A stretch of 64,000 nt of DNA, taken from positions 74,257-138,256 of the forward strand of contig CAZQCG010000004.1 in assembly GCA_964592425.1 (NCBI GenBank). Reading direction: 5' to 3'. Numbering within the stretch: position 1 is the first letter of the stretch; each line of letters begins with the position of its first letter. The notes beneath the pieces are model-generated. The model had not been told where the DNA came from, ran no database searches, and saw nothing but the letters and a program-made list of their open reading frames with translations. Shown here one piece after another: positions 26,332 to 36,089 of the stretch. The DNA is from an uncultured Chloroflexaceae bacterium (GTDB taxonomy: Bacteria > Chloroflexota > Chloroflexia > Chloroflexales > Chloroflexaceae). The position numbers and the translations under genes were made by a program.

Positions 26332-28749
26332 ATGGGTATGCAGCAGCCGAGCGTCTCAATCCCACCTGAGGTCTTTCCGCAGACCTTCCCCTTCCATATC
26401 GCCTTTGGCCGCGACCTGCGCATTGTCCAACTCGGACCAGCCCTCGCGCAGCTTTGCCCGCAGCCAGCCGTCGGTCGTGACCTGACCGAGCTCTTTCGCA
26501 TTGAGCAGCCAGCCCTGGCAGCCGATTTTGAGACGATCAGCCGCCAGGTACATATGCCCTTCCTGCTGGCTCCAAGCTGTGGCGGACTGTTGCTGCGTGG
26601 GCAGATGTTGCCCTTGCCCGAGGCTGAACTGATGCTCTTTCTGGGCGTGCCCACGCTCAGCAGCCTGGAGGATCTGAAGCAGGTCGAGGCGGGGCTGCAC
26701 GAATTGCCGATCTATGACCCAAGCGGCCCGCTGATCAGCCTGCTGGCGGCCCAACTGCGCACCAATGAGGTGTTGATGCTGCGGCTGGCCGAGACTGAGC
26801 AGGCTGCGGCGATCTCACGAGCTAATACCTCGCGCCTGACGGCACTGATCGAGAGTCTGCGGGGGGGGGTGCTGGTTGAGGATCAGCATGGGCGGATCGT
26901 CCTGGCTAACCAGAGCCTCTGTACGCTCTTTGCCATTCCGGTGCCACCCGAAGCCCTCATTGGTGCCGACTGTGCCAAAGCCGCCGAGGATCTCAAGAAC
27001 CTCTTTGAGGGGCCGGAGCAGTTTCTGGCCCGCATCGAAGAGTTACTCCACGCTCAGCGCATTGTGGTCAGCGAAGAGCTGCGGCTGGTCGATGGACGCA
27101 CCTTCGAACGCGATTATGTGCCGATCTGGATCGACAGTAACTATGGCGGGCACCTCTGGCAGTACCGCGACATCAGCGAGCGCAAGGCGACCGAGCAGGC
27201 CCTGGCCCGCGCCCGTGACGAGGCCCTCGCCGCCTCGCGCCACAAGTCCGAGTTTCTGGCCATGGTCAGCCACGAGCTCCGTACCCCGATGAGTGGGGTG
27301 ATCGGGATGACTGAACTGCTGCTCGATACCCACCTTGATCAAGAACAGCGTGAGCTGGCGACGACGATCAGCGAAGCGGCGGCAGCGCTGCTGGCCATTC
27401 TCAACGATATTCTTGACTACTCGAAGATCGAGGCCAACCGGCTGATCCTCGACCGGGTGTCGCTTGCTCCGGCCACATTGATCACCGGCGTGGTGGGGGT
27501 ACTCAACGCGCAGGCCCAGGCGCGGGGCTTGCAACTACTCACAACCATCGACCCGCGCATCCCACCCATGATCTACGGCGATGCCGGGCGGCTGCGCCAG
27601 ATTTTGCTCAACCTGCTCGGGAATGCGATCAAGTTCACGCGGGTCGGCACGGTGAGTCTCAACGCAAGTGTGCTTGATCTGGATACACAGCGAGTCACCC
27701 TGCGCCTGGAGATCAGCGATACAGGTATCGGCATCCCGCTGGAGGCCCAGGGGCGGCTCTTCCAATCCTTCAGCCAGGCCGACGGCTCGGTCACCCGTGA
27801 ATTTGGCGGCACCGGCCTGGGCCTGGCAATCTGCAAGCGCCTGGTCGAGTTGATGGGCGGCACGATCGGCTTCCACAGCGTGGTCAACCAGGGCTCGATC
27901 TTCTGGTTCGAAATCGGCTTTGAGCTCGCCTCGCTCAGCCAACCTGAGCCACCCGTCGCCCCGCCACAACTGCCGACAGCCAATCAGCAACCAGCGGCAG
28001 GGCACATCCTGCTGGTGGAAGATATGCAGGTGAACCAGCGCCTGGCCCTCAGGCAGTTGGCCCGGCTGGGCTATAGCGCCGACGTGGCCTCCAACGGACG
28101 CGAGGCCCTGGCGCTGTTGCGCAGTGCGCCGACACGCTACAGCCTGATCCTGATGGATTGCCAGATGCCCGAACTGGATGGCTACAGCACCACCAGGATC
28201 ATTCGCAGCGACGAGCAAGTCCGGGGCGGTCATCTCCCGATCATCGCTATGACTGCCAATGCCCTGCAGAGTGACCTTGTAGCTTGCCTGGAGGCAGGCA
28301 TGGACGATGTGCTGGTCAAGCCGGTCAACCGCCACACCTTGCAGGCCCGGCTTGAACAGTGGCTCCATCATCCGAGCCGGGTTGTAGCGCTTGAAGAGGA
28401 GCTTACGAGCGACCTGATGCTGTTGAGTGCGGAAGATCCAGACGCCTTTGCGGAGTTAGTCGAGCAGTACAGCCTGGAGCAGCACCGGCTGATCAATGAG
28501 TTGTGGGTAGCCCTGGGGCTGAACGATAGCGCACACCTGGCGCGGGCCGCCCATAGTCTGCGCGGCAGCAGTGCCAGTATCGGCGCACAGGCCCTGGCTG
28601 AACAGTGCGCCCGGCTAGAGCAACTGGCCCGGGCTAACCAGTTGGACAATGCTGACACCCTCCTCAAGACGATTGTCAAGCTCGCCGACCGCGCCTGCAG
28701 CAGCCTGAAAGCCCGGCTCACCTCAGTCACCGCAGTGGTTCAGCCGTAG
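26332..28749 (+). CDS. Hybrid histidine kinase HNOBA-PAS-HisKA-HATPase-REC-HPt
   Basis: FPFHIAFGRDL...LRGQM..LPE...LFLG.P (HNOBA-like); SHELRTP, NAIKFT, DTGIG, GGTGLG; MDCQMP; AHSLRGSS. Confidence 0.9.
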   Translation: MGMQQPSVSIPPEVFPQTFPFHIAFGRDLRIVQLGPALAQLCPQPAVGRDLTELFRIEQPALAADFETISRQVHMPFLLAPSCGGLLLRGQMLPLPEAELMLFLGVPTLSSLEDLKQVEAGLHELPIYDPSGPLISLLAAQLRTNEVLMLRLAETEQAAAISRANTSRLTALIESLRGGVLVEDQHGRIVLANQSLCTLFAIPVPPEALIGADCAKAAEDLKNLFEGPEQFLARIEELLHAQRIVVSEELRLVDGRTFERDYVPIWIDSNYGGHLWQYRDISERKATEQALARARDEALAASRHKSEFLAMVSHELRTPMSGVIGMTELLLDTHLDQEQRELATTISEAAAALLAILNDILDYSKIEANRLILDRVSLAPATLITGVVGVLNAQAQARGLQLLTTIDPRIPPMIYGDAGRLRQILLNLLGNAIKFTRVGTVSLNASVLDLDTQRVTLRLEISDTGIGIPLEAQGRLFQSFSQADGSVTREFGGTGLGLAICKRLVELMGGTIGFHSVVNQGSIFWFEIGFELASLSQPEPPVAPPQLPTANQQPAAGHILLVEDMQVNQRLALRQLARLGYSADVASNGREALALLRSAPTRYSLILMDCQMPELDGYSTTRIIRSDEQVRGGHLPIIAMTANALQSDLVACLEAGMDDVLVKPVNRHTLQARLEQWLHHPSRVVALEEELTSDLMLLSAEDPDAFAELVEQYSLEQHRLINELWVALGLNDSAHLARAAHSLRGSSASIGAQALAEQCARLEQLARANQLDNADTLLKTIVKLADRACSSLKARLTSVTAVVQP

Positions 28750-28760
28750 GAGCACACCCT

Positions 28761-30281
28761 ATGCGTGCCCAGTCTCGTCTTACCCAACTCCGCACCCGTC
28801 TCCCTGAGGGCCTGGCTGGCGGTGCCCTGCTGCTGATCAGCACGACCGTGGTCAATGCGGGCAACTACGCCTATAACCTGATCATGGGGCGCTGGCTAGG
28901 CCCGGCAGCCTTTGCCGACGCCAGCCTGATCGTGACCCTCTTCCTGGTGATCACCTTTGTGACGGTGGCCTTGCAGACAACCACGGCGAAATTTGCGGCC
29001 GTCTACAGTGCCTCAGCCCGACCAGCGGCAAATGAGGCCCTGCGGCGCTGGCTCGGACGGGGGGCCTGGCTGGGTGGGCTGGGCCTGCTGCTGATCTTTG
29101 GCCTTGGAGCACCGCTCTGGCAGCGCTTCTTCCATACAAGTTCGATCTGGCCCTTTGTGATCTTCGCCCTGGGCGTGCCCTTCTACATCATTCTGGGCGT
29201 CGAGCGCGGCATGCTCCAGGGCGCAACGCGCTTCAGCGTCCTGGCCTTGAGTTTCCAGGCCGAGATGTGGGCGCGTCTGGTGATCGGCATCGCCCTGGTA
29301 GCTCTGGGCTGGTCGGTCTTCGGGGCCGTCGCCGGGCTGAGTCTCTCGCTGGTGGTCGCATGGCTTGTCTCACACCGGGCCAACGGGAACCAGATGCACG
29401 CTGAGCCACTCAGCGCCAGCGAGCGCCGGGCAATCATCGGTTTTACCGGGCCGGTGCTGGCAGCCCTGGCCGGGCAGATCTTGATCAATAACAGCGATGT
29501 GCTGATTGTCAAACACTTCTTCAGCGCGGCTGAGGCCGGACTCTACGCGGCCCTGGCGCTGATCGGGCGGATCGTCTTCTTTGCAACCTGGTCGGTGGTG
29601 ACAGTGCTCTTTCCGATTGTGGCCCGCCGTCATCACCAGGGCGACCCGCATCGCCACCTGCTCTACACTGGCCTGGCGATTGTGCTGCTGGTCTCAGCCC
29701 CGATCGTCCTGCTGACGATTGCCGTGCCTGAGTTGATCGTCGGCCTGATCTTTGGTGAGGCCTACCTGCCGATGGCGTCGCTGCTGGGGGGCTATGCTCT
29801 GGCGACAACCTTCTACGCCCTGGCCAATGTGGTAATCAGCTATCGACTCTCGCTTGACGACTCGAGCGGCAGCCTGCTGGCCCTGGCCGCCGGACTGACC
29901 CAGGTTGGCCTGCTCTGGCTGCTGCACGCTGACCTGGCCCAGGTGGTACAGCTACAGGTCTATGTGATGGGCGGGCTCTTTGTGGCCCTGGTGCTCTGGG
30001 ATGGCTGGATGCTGCTCTGGCCACGACTACAACGCAGCCAGCCCGCAAGTCCCACGCCCGTACAACCCACACCCACGTCGAACGCTCCCGTAGCAGGCTC
30101 GGGAGATAGCGTAGCCAAACAGCCTACGCCAGTCACCCCGGTGGCAGGCTCAGGTGATGGGGTAGCTGAGCAGCCTGGGCCGGTCGCCCCAGTGGCGGGT
30201 GCAGACGATGGGGCAACTGAGCAGCCTGGGCCGGTAGGTCACAACGACGTAGAGAAGCAGCCTGTGCCGGTAGGTGCTTAG
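28761..30281 (+). CDS. Wzx/MOP-family oligosaccharide flippase with repetitive C-terminal tail
   Basis: GNYAYNLIMGRWLGPAAFA, INNSDVLIVKHFFS.AEAGLYAA; 12+ TM segments. Confidence 0.85.
   Translation: MRAQSRLTQLRTRLPEGLAGGALLLISTTVVNAGNYAYNLIMGRWLGPAAFADASLIVTLFLVITFVTVALQTTTAKFAAVYSASARPAANEALRRWLGRGAWLGGLGLLLIFGLGAPLWQRFFHTSSIWPFVIFALGVPFYIILGVERGMLQGATRFSVLALSFQAEMWARLVIGIALVALGWSVFGAVAGLSLSLVVAWLVSHRANGNQMHAEPLSASERRAIIGFTGPVLAALAGQILINNSDVLIVKHFFSAAEAGLYAALALIGRIVFFATWSVVTVLFPIVARRHHQGDPHRHLLYTGLAIVLLVSAPIVLLTIAVPELIVGLIFGEAYLPMASLLGGYALATTFYALANVVISYRLSLDDSSGSLLALAAGLTQVGLLWLLHADLAQVVQLQVYVMGGLFVALVLWDGWMLLWPRLQRSQPASPTPVQPTPTSNAPVAGSGDSVAKQPTPVTPVAGSGDGVAEQPGPVAPVAGADDGATEQPGPVGHNDVEKQPVPVGA
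30087..30275 (+). repeat. 51-nt (17-aa) tandem repeat, about 3.5 units, in the flippase tail
   Basis: PVAGSGDSVAKQPTPVT / PVAGSGDGVAEQPGPVA / PVAGADDGATEQPGPVG / ...VEKQPVPVG. Confidence 0.85.
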
Positions 30282-30316
30282 GGTAGAGCTTTGGAGGGAG
30301 AGAGATGTCTGATACC

Positions 30317-30358
30317 CGCTCCTCGCTCCTCGCTCTTCGCTTCTCGCTCTTCACTCAC
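30317..30358. repeat. Intergenic heptamer tandem repeat CGCT(C/T)(C/T)T x5-6
   Basis: cgctcct cgctcct cgctctt cgcttct cgctctt cactcac. Confidence 0.75.
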
Positions 30359-30378
30359 TTGTCGTCAGGTAGAAGCCT

Positions 30379-32115
30379 ATGGCTACTTTGCTCACACATC
30401 TGCGCAACCGAAACTGGATGCAAGTCTTTCGGCTCCGTCGCTTGCTGATCATCGGTCTCTTTGTCGGGATGCTGGCGATTGGCGGCCTGCTGGCGCTGCG
30501 CCTGCTACGCCCCAGTGTACCGCTTCAGATTCTGCCGGGCCAGGCCGTCGCCAATGCGCTGGTGCGCAGTATGGCTGGCAGCGGTGAGGTGCAGTTTGTC
30601 TCCGGCGCCTATGTGCCCGGTGAACAACTGCTGCTCTATACACGCCTGCCTGAAAGCGACCTGGGGCGTATCCGCAGCTGGGCCGTTGTGCAGCTTGAGC
30701 CCTTTGCCGATGAACTGGCCCGGCTGCCCGACCAGGAAGACCTGACCTGGATGATCGACTATGGCCCCGACCCGGCCTTGCAGGAACTCCTGGTTGTGCC
30801 GCTGCAACGGGTGCGTGAACCGGCCTTCTACCGCTATATCAGCGGGGCACCCAGCCTGCCGACAAGTGTAGCCGTCGTACCAACTGCCGCCGCCGCAGCG
30901 CCCCTGGTCGTCCCCGTGCCCGTATCGACGGCCGCCCCGGTAGCGACAGCTGGATCGGTGGCACCAACAATCTCAGTGGCGGTTCCGTCGGTTGAGTCGG
31001 GCCGGCCTGGTGAGGTGACCTCCCTCCTGAGCACGGGCTTCGAGGGTGAGGGCAGTGCAGCGAGCCTCTGGCGGCCCCTCTCCGGTGACTGGAGTATGGT
31101 GGACGGAATCTATCTCCAACGTGACCCGAATGGCTATGACTATACAACCCTGCTTGACCTGCCACCCCTGGCCCATAGCAGCATTGACGCTCGCTTGCGC
31201 CTAGTCGAAGGCGCGATGGGCGGTGGGATCGTCTATAACGCACCAGACCTGACCGCACGCAACGGGGCGCAACTGGTCGATCTTGATCGCAGTGGGGCCT
31301 TCCTGCGCTGGGGACACTATAACGAGGACGGCACCTACATCTATGGTGGAGGGGTGGCCCTCGACCCGCCGCTCAACGATGAGCAGTGGCACACGCTGCG
31401 CATCGTCACCCACGCCGCGGAGAGCACGGTCTGGGTTGATGGGCGCGAGATAGCCCGCATCAGTAATGACAGCACCGAGGGCTACGTCGGCCTTTCGACC
31501 TCCCAGGCCCAGGTTGAGTTTGATGATGTGGTGGTACTGGCGCTGCCCGAAGGCATCGATCTGCCGTTGAGTACGTCCGTGCCGATGACGGTGACGGGCG
31601 GGCTCAGCGACGATTTTGAAGATGGTGACAGCAAAGGCTGGCAGGTTTTGAGCGGGGCCTGGCAGAGTCGCGACGGGGCCTACCTGCAGACGAGTACAAG
31701 TGGAGCCGACCTGAGCAGTATTTCGCTCTTCCAGGGAGCAAACTTCACCGCAACGGTGCGGCTGCAATGGCTGGACGGCACACTGGGTGCGGGCGTGATC
31801 TATAACATGGCCCGCCGTGATGCCAACGCACGCAGCCAGATTGTCAACTATACCGAAGACGGTACGTTGTTGCAGTGGGGCCACTTTGACGAGGGTGGCA
31901 ATTTCGTCTTTGAGGGCAGCGCCGAGGTGCCTGACGGCAGCGATGGTGAGTGGCACAGCCTTGAACTGCGCGTGGCCGACGGGCTGGCCGACTTCCTGCT
32001 TGATGGCGAACTGGTGGCCGAACAGGTTGAACTGACCTACAGCAGCGGCTACCTGGGCTTGCTGGCCAGTAACGGCAGTGTCGCTTTTGATGATGTGCAG
32101 ATTATGTCACGCTGA
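30379..32115 (+). CDS. Membrane-anchored protein with two DUF1080/LamG-like beta-sandwich domains
   Basis: N-terminal TM, Pro/Ala/Val linker, two homologous domains (F....W...SG.W....G.Y.Q ... WH.L.. ..GY.GL......V.FDDV). Confidence 0.75.
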   Translation: MATLLTHLRNRNWMQVFRLRRLLIIGLFVGMLAIGGLLALRLLRPSVPLQILPGQAVANALVRSMAGSGEVQFVSGAYVPGEQLLLYTRLPESDLGRIRSWAVVQLEPFADELARLPDQEDLTWMIDYGPDPALQELLVVPLQRVREPAFYRYISGAPSLPTSVAVVPTAAAAAPLVVPVPVSTAAPVATAGSVAPTISVAVPSVESGRPGEVTSLLSTGFEGEGSAASLWRPLSGDWSMVDGIYLQRDPNGYDYTTLLDLPPLAHSSIDARLRLVEGAMGGGIVYNAPDLTARNGAQLVDLDRSGAFLRWGHYNEDGTYIYGGGVALDPPLNDEQWHTLRIVTHAAESTVWVDGREIARISNDSTEGYVGLSTSQAQVEFDDVVVLALPEGIDLPLSTSVPMTVTGGLSDDFEDGDSKGWQVLSGAWQSRDGAYLQTSTSGADLSSISLFQGANFTATVRLQWLDGTLGAGVIYNMARRDANARSQIVNYTEDGTLLQWGHFDEGGNFVFEGSAEVPDGSDGEWHSLELRVADGLADFLLDGELVAEQVELTYSSGYLGLLASNGSVAFDDVQIMSR

Positions 32116-32123
32116 GAGCTACT

Positions 32124-35078
32124 ATGCTGAAGCGCATCCCCTTTCGCCGCTTCCTGCCCGACCTGCTGGCCCTGCTCCTGCTAGCTACCCTACCGCTGCT
32201 CGTCTTCTGGCAAGTCTGGGCACCCAACCCGGCCGACCGGGTGATCTTCGGCGGTGACATTTTGATGGGGGCCTACCCCACGCGGGTCTTTGTCCATCGG
32301 CTCTTCGACGCTGGCATGGTACCCCTCTGGAATCCCTACCAGCTTGGCGGGATGCCTCTGCTGGGTGATGTGCAGGTAGCGCCCTACTACCTGCCCAACC
32401 TGCTGCTCGACTGGCTCTATCGGGGTCAGGAGTTATCGTACCTGGCCTTTGAGTTACTAGTCGTTGCGCATTATGCTCTGGGCGGGCTCTTCCTCTATGC
32501 CTACCTGCGCGGGCTGGGTGTAATCCCGACAGCGGCGTTAATTGGTTCAATCGCCTTTCAGTTCAACGGCTTCTTTGTCGGCCATCGTGGGCACTACAGC
32601 ATGCTTGCGGTCACGGTCTGGTTGCCCGCCGTACTCTGGACGCTCGACCGAAGCTGGCATACACCACGCCCAGCCGCCATGATCGCCTGGAGTGTCGCCG
32701 CCGGTCTGGCCCTCAGCCAGATGGTGATGGCCGGCCATCCGCAACTGACACTCTACTGTGCGCTGGCCATTGCCGCCTACGCTGCCTATCGCTGGGCCGA
32801 CGCCTGGAAGCATCCCGCCAGCAAGTGGGAGCGCCTGCGTGTTCCAGCCACCTTCGCCCTGGCTGGCCTGCTGGCCCTCGGCATCGCCGCCGTCACCCTC
32901 TTGCCCGTCGCCGAGTTGCTCGGGCGCTCACGGCGCGGCGATCTCTCCTATACCTTCACAGCCCAGCACTCGCTCATGCCACGCAACCTGCTCAGCCTGC
33001 TCATGCCCGAATTTTTGAACTGGAGCGGCACCGAGTACCGCATCTACGCCGGTATTCTCACCCTGGCCCTGGTGGCGGTTGCCTGGGCAGTGCCGGAACA
33101 TGCCCGGCCTGAGCGGCGCTTCTTTACGGTGACGATTGCCGTGGCACTGATCATTGCCCTGGGTGGCTTCACCGCCCTGCACGGCCTGCTCTACCGCTTT
33201 GTACCGGGCCTCGGCTCGGTGCGCGTCAGCGCCCGCGCCTTCTACATCGCCAACCTGGCCCTGGCTGTACTGGCGGCCTTCGGTGCCGAACACCTGCTGC
33301 GTGGCTGTACGATCATCGAGCAGCAACGTCTGCGCCGGCTTGTGCATGGGGCAATGATCATGCTAACCGGGGCACTGCTGGTTGGGATCGGAGCCTATGC
33401 CCTGCTGGTCGGCAACTATCGCCCGGTCGGCGAGGAGTTCTACTTCGCCGAGAATCTCTTTAACCGCGACCCCTCCTCAGATACCTACACCCTGCTGACC
33501 CAGACCGTCAACGCTTACGGCGTCTTCCTGGTGCTGCTGACCACCGCGATTGTGCTGCTCTGGACCTACGCCTTCGGGCGCTTGAGCCGGCCGGGGCTGG
33601 CCCTGGCGATGATCCTCTTGATCGTGCTCGATATGGCCACCTTCACGCCCTATCACGATACAATTCGGGCCGATCCCGACACGGCCCGTTTTACCGTACG
33701 CCAGTACGCCACGACCATGCTGACGGAAGATTGGCAGATCATCGACCAGGATGTACTGATCGAGCGCCTGGCCGCCCTACCCGATGCCCTACGGGTAGAC
33801 AACGCCGCCGAGGTCTTGCCCGACAACTACAGCCAGATCTACCGCATCGCCTTTGCCACTGGCTATAACGTGCTCGACCTGCAAGAGCGTTTTACCTTGC
33901 TCTCGCAATGGCCCTACCTGAGTGATGCCGCCCGCCGCGACCTGCTCAACACCGGCTATGTGCTCACTGCGCCTGAGACAACCGATCCGCCCGAAGAGGG
34001 TGCGCGCCTGATCGTGGAGAACAGCCAGGGTCGGCTCTGGGAGCGGGCGGTGCAGCCAGCCTACACTCACTTCAGCACCAGCCTGCGCCCTGCCTCCACC
34101 CTGATCACACTGAACGGCCTGCTCAACCTGCCGGGTGACAGCCTGAACACCCGGCCCACCCTGAGCGCCGATGAGGGCAATCTCCACACGACCCTCGCCG
34201 AACTCTGGCCCGAAGCAGTCGATCCGGCTCTCTATATGATCGGCACAAGCGGCGTGCAGAGCCCGGTGGCGCTCAGTGTGCTGGCGGGCGGGCCGATCCG
34301 CTACAGCGCGGTCATCGTTGACGGCGTGACCGTCACGCCTAAACAGCGCGGGATCGTGATCGCCATGATCGACCCACAGAACGGAACCGTGCTCAAAGCG
34401 GGCGGCTTCGACACCTACCAATCAGCAGCAGAGGCCGATCGGCTGGTGAGTATGATCGAGGCAGCCCCGAACGGCACGATTGTTGCTCTGGCCACCTATG
34501 ACGAAGGGCTGGCGAAGATTGGCCCGGCGGCCCAGGCCGCAATTGGAGGGCTGGGCGGACAGATCAACCTGGCAAACCAGGTTGGTGCGGCCTACGCCCT
34601 GATCGGCGTCAAAGGCGCTCCCGCAGGCTCGGCCCTTGAGGCGCTCGACCGGGTGCCGGTCATGCTTGATCTTGGGCCGGGGGCCATGCCAGCAGGCCCG
34701 GCGCAGGTGCGCAGCCACATGCTAAGCTACACAGCGGAGCGCATCAGCCTGAGTGTGGAGAATGATGTGCGTGGCCTGCTAACGATCAGCGAGAGTACCT
34801 ATCCCGGTTGGGAAGCCTACGTGGACGGTATGGCCACCCCGATCCTGCGGGCCAACGGCCTGCTGCGGGCCATCATCCTGCCGCCGGCCCTGGCCGGACA
34901 TCCCCACGAAGTCACCTTCGTCTACCGTCCGCTGAGTGCGCGCCTGGGTGGGGCCGTCAGCCTGCTCAGCCTGGCCCTGGCCGCCGCCATCAGCCTGAGC
35001 TGCGCCGTGGCCCTGGTGCCGCCTCTGACCTGGCCCCGCCGCCGCCGGACGGTGCTCAGTTTGCCACCGGCACGCTAG
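32124..35078 (+). CDS. YfhO-family GT-C membrane protein with ILEI/FAM3-like insert
   Basis: PLWNPYQLGGMPLLGD, AGHPQ, C-terminal SESTYPGWEAYVDG...RANGLLRAI (YfhO); insert RGIVIAMID...FDTY...VALATYDE...AYALIGVKG. Confidence 0.8.
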   Translation: MLKRIPFRRFLPDLLALLLLATLPLLVFWQVWAPNPADRVIFGGDILMGAYPTRVFVHRLFDAGMVPLWNPYQLGGMPLLGDVQVAPYYLPNLLLDWLYRGQELSYLAFELLVVAHYALGGLFLYAYLRGLGVIPTAALIGSIAFQFNGFFVGHRGHYSMLAVTVWLPAVLWTLDRSWHTPRPAAMIAWSVAAGLALSQMVMAGHPQLTLYCALAIAAYAAYRWADAWKHPASKWERLRVPATFALAGLLALGIAAVTLLPVAELLGRSRRGDLSYTFTAQHSLMPRNLLSLLMPEFLNWSGTEYRIYAGILTLALVAVAWAVPEHARPERRFFTVTIAVALIIALGGFTALHGLLYRFVPGLGSVRVSARAFYIANLALAVLAAFGAEHLLRGCTIIEQQRLRRLVHGAMIMLTGALLVGIGAYALLVGNYRPVGEEFYFAENLFNRDPSSDTYTLLTQTVNAYGVFLVLLTTAIVLLWTYAFGRLSRPGLALAMILLIVLDMATFTPYHDTIRADPDTARFTVRQYATTMLTEDWQIIDQDVLIERLAALPDALRVDNAAEVLPDNYSQIYRIAFATGYNVLDLQERFTLLSQWPYLSDAARRDLLNTGYVLTAPETTDPPEEGARLIVENSQGRLWERAVQPAYTHFSTSLRPASTLITLNGLLNLPGDSLNTRPTLSADEGNLHTTLAELWPEAVDPALYMIGTSGVQSPVALSVLAGGPIRYSAVIVDGVTVTPKQRGIVIAMIDPQNGTVLKAGGFDTYQSAAEADRLVSMIEAAPNGTIVALATYDEGLAKIGPAAQAAIGGLGGQINLANQVGAAYALIGVKGAPAGSALEALDRVPVMLDLGPGAMPAGPAQVRSHMLSYTAERISLSVENDVRGLLTISESTYPGWEAYVDGMATPILRANGLLRAIILPPALAGHPHEVTFVYRPLSARLGGAVSLLSLALAAAISLSCAVALVPPLTWPRRRRTVLSLPPAR

Positions 35079-35119
35079 TACAGCGTCCGAGCAAACAAGA
35101 CGGGAAGACTACGCATCCG

Positions 35120-35158
35120 GTAAGGGCGCAGCAGCGCTGGCCGCTGCTGCGCCCCAAC
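35120..35158. repeat. REP-like palindrome, degenerate relative of 10118-10153
   Basis: GTAAGGGCGCAGCAGCG-ctggc-CGCTGCTGCGCCCCAAC, 13-bp perfect core. Confidence 0.7.
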
Positions 35159-35255
35159 GCCGTCAACCCATCAGCATTACTCGGACGCAGTACTAGTGGC
35201 AATACGTTTCAAATAGGGGCAAGCGCAGATCGATCAAGGCCGATCAGACGCAGAA

Positions 35256-35279
35256 GCTTTGCGGCTTTGCGGCTTTGCG
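35256..35279. repeat. Octamer tandem repeat (GCTTTGCG)x3
   Basis: Direct reading. Confidence 0.7.
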
Positions 35280-35435
35280 TGAGCTTATCTGAAAGGTATT
35301 GCTACTCACCAGGCTTTCAGGGGTCGGGGACAGGTCTCAGACTGCACACATCAGGTCAAAGCCGCTGACAAGCAGATCGCCTGAGACGGGTATAATGCTG
35401 CCTGGATTGAGCGCATAGCTGCACCACAGCCTGGC

Positions 35436-36077
35436 ATGGAGAAGAGCATCACGATCAGCAGCAGTCAGCAGCGGCTTGGGCGACGTCTGGGCCTCACACC
35501 CTATTACCGGATCGCCACCCAGGAACCGAACCTGCTACAGCTCGAGTCCTACCCGGAGGCCAACCGGGGCATGGGCCTGGCTGTGCTGGCAGGCGGCATC
35601 ACACTGATCCTGCTCGCGCTCGTCGTGGGTCTGAGCGGGCTGAGTAGCGCCGCTGCTGGCTCTGGCTTTGCCGTCGCGGCCCTGGCGGCAGTCATTGCGG
35701 CCGCCCTGGCCGGGTTGGGCTACCAGCGCGTGGTTGGCGGCTATGCCGTGCTGACCACCCGCAACAGCATTATTGCCAACAGCGAGGCTGCCGACCTCAG
35801 CTTTCGCCAGCACAGTGCCGTTGGTGGCGAGCGCATCCAGGTGCTCAGCTTTGCTCAGATCAGTGGCCTGCGCCTACGCCGGCGCCCCCTGGCGACCGGC
35901 TGGCCCATCCGGCGCATCCAGCCGATTGTCGCCCTTGAGCTGATGGTCGGTGAGCAAATCTGGGTCGTCGACACCTCCGCCGACCCGGCCACCCTCCAGC
36001 CAACCGCGCTGGCCCTGGGCGAACTCCTGGGCCGCACGGCGATCAACAGCGATGGTTCTTCGCCAGCAGGGAATTAG
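35436..36077 (+). CDS. Hypothetical membrane protein (two TM helices)
   Basis: 213-aa ORF with two hydrophobic segments; TATAAT at 35391-35396 upstream. Confidence 0.7.
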   Translation: MEKSITISSSQQRLGRRLGLTPYYRIATQEPNLLQLESYPEANRGMGLAVLAGGITLILLALVVGLSGLSSAAAGSGFAVAALAAVIAAALAGLGYQRVVGGYAVLTTRNSIIANSEAADLSFRQHSAVGGERIQVLSFAQISGLRLRRRPLATGWPIRRIQPIVALELMVGEQIWVVDTSADPATLQPTALALGELLGRTAINSDGSSPAGN

Positions 36078-36089
36078 GCAAGCCCTGCC

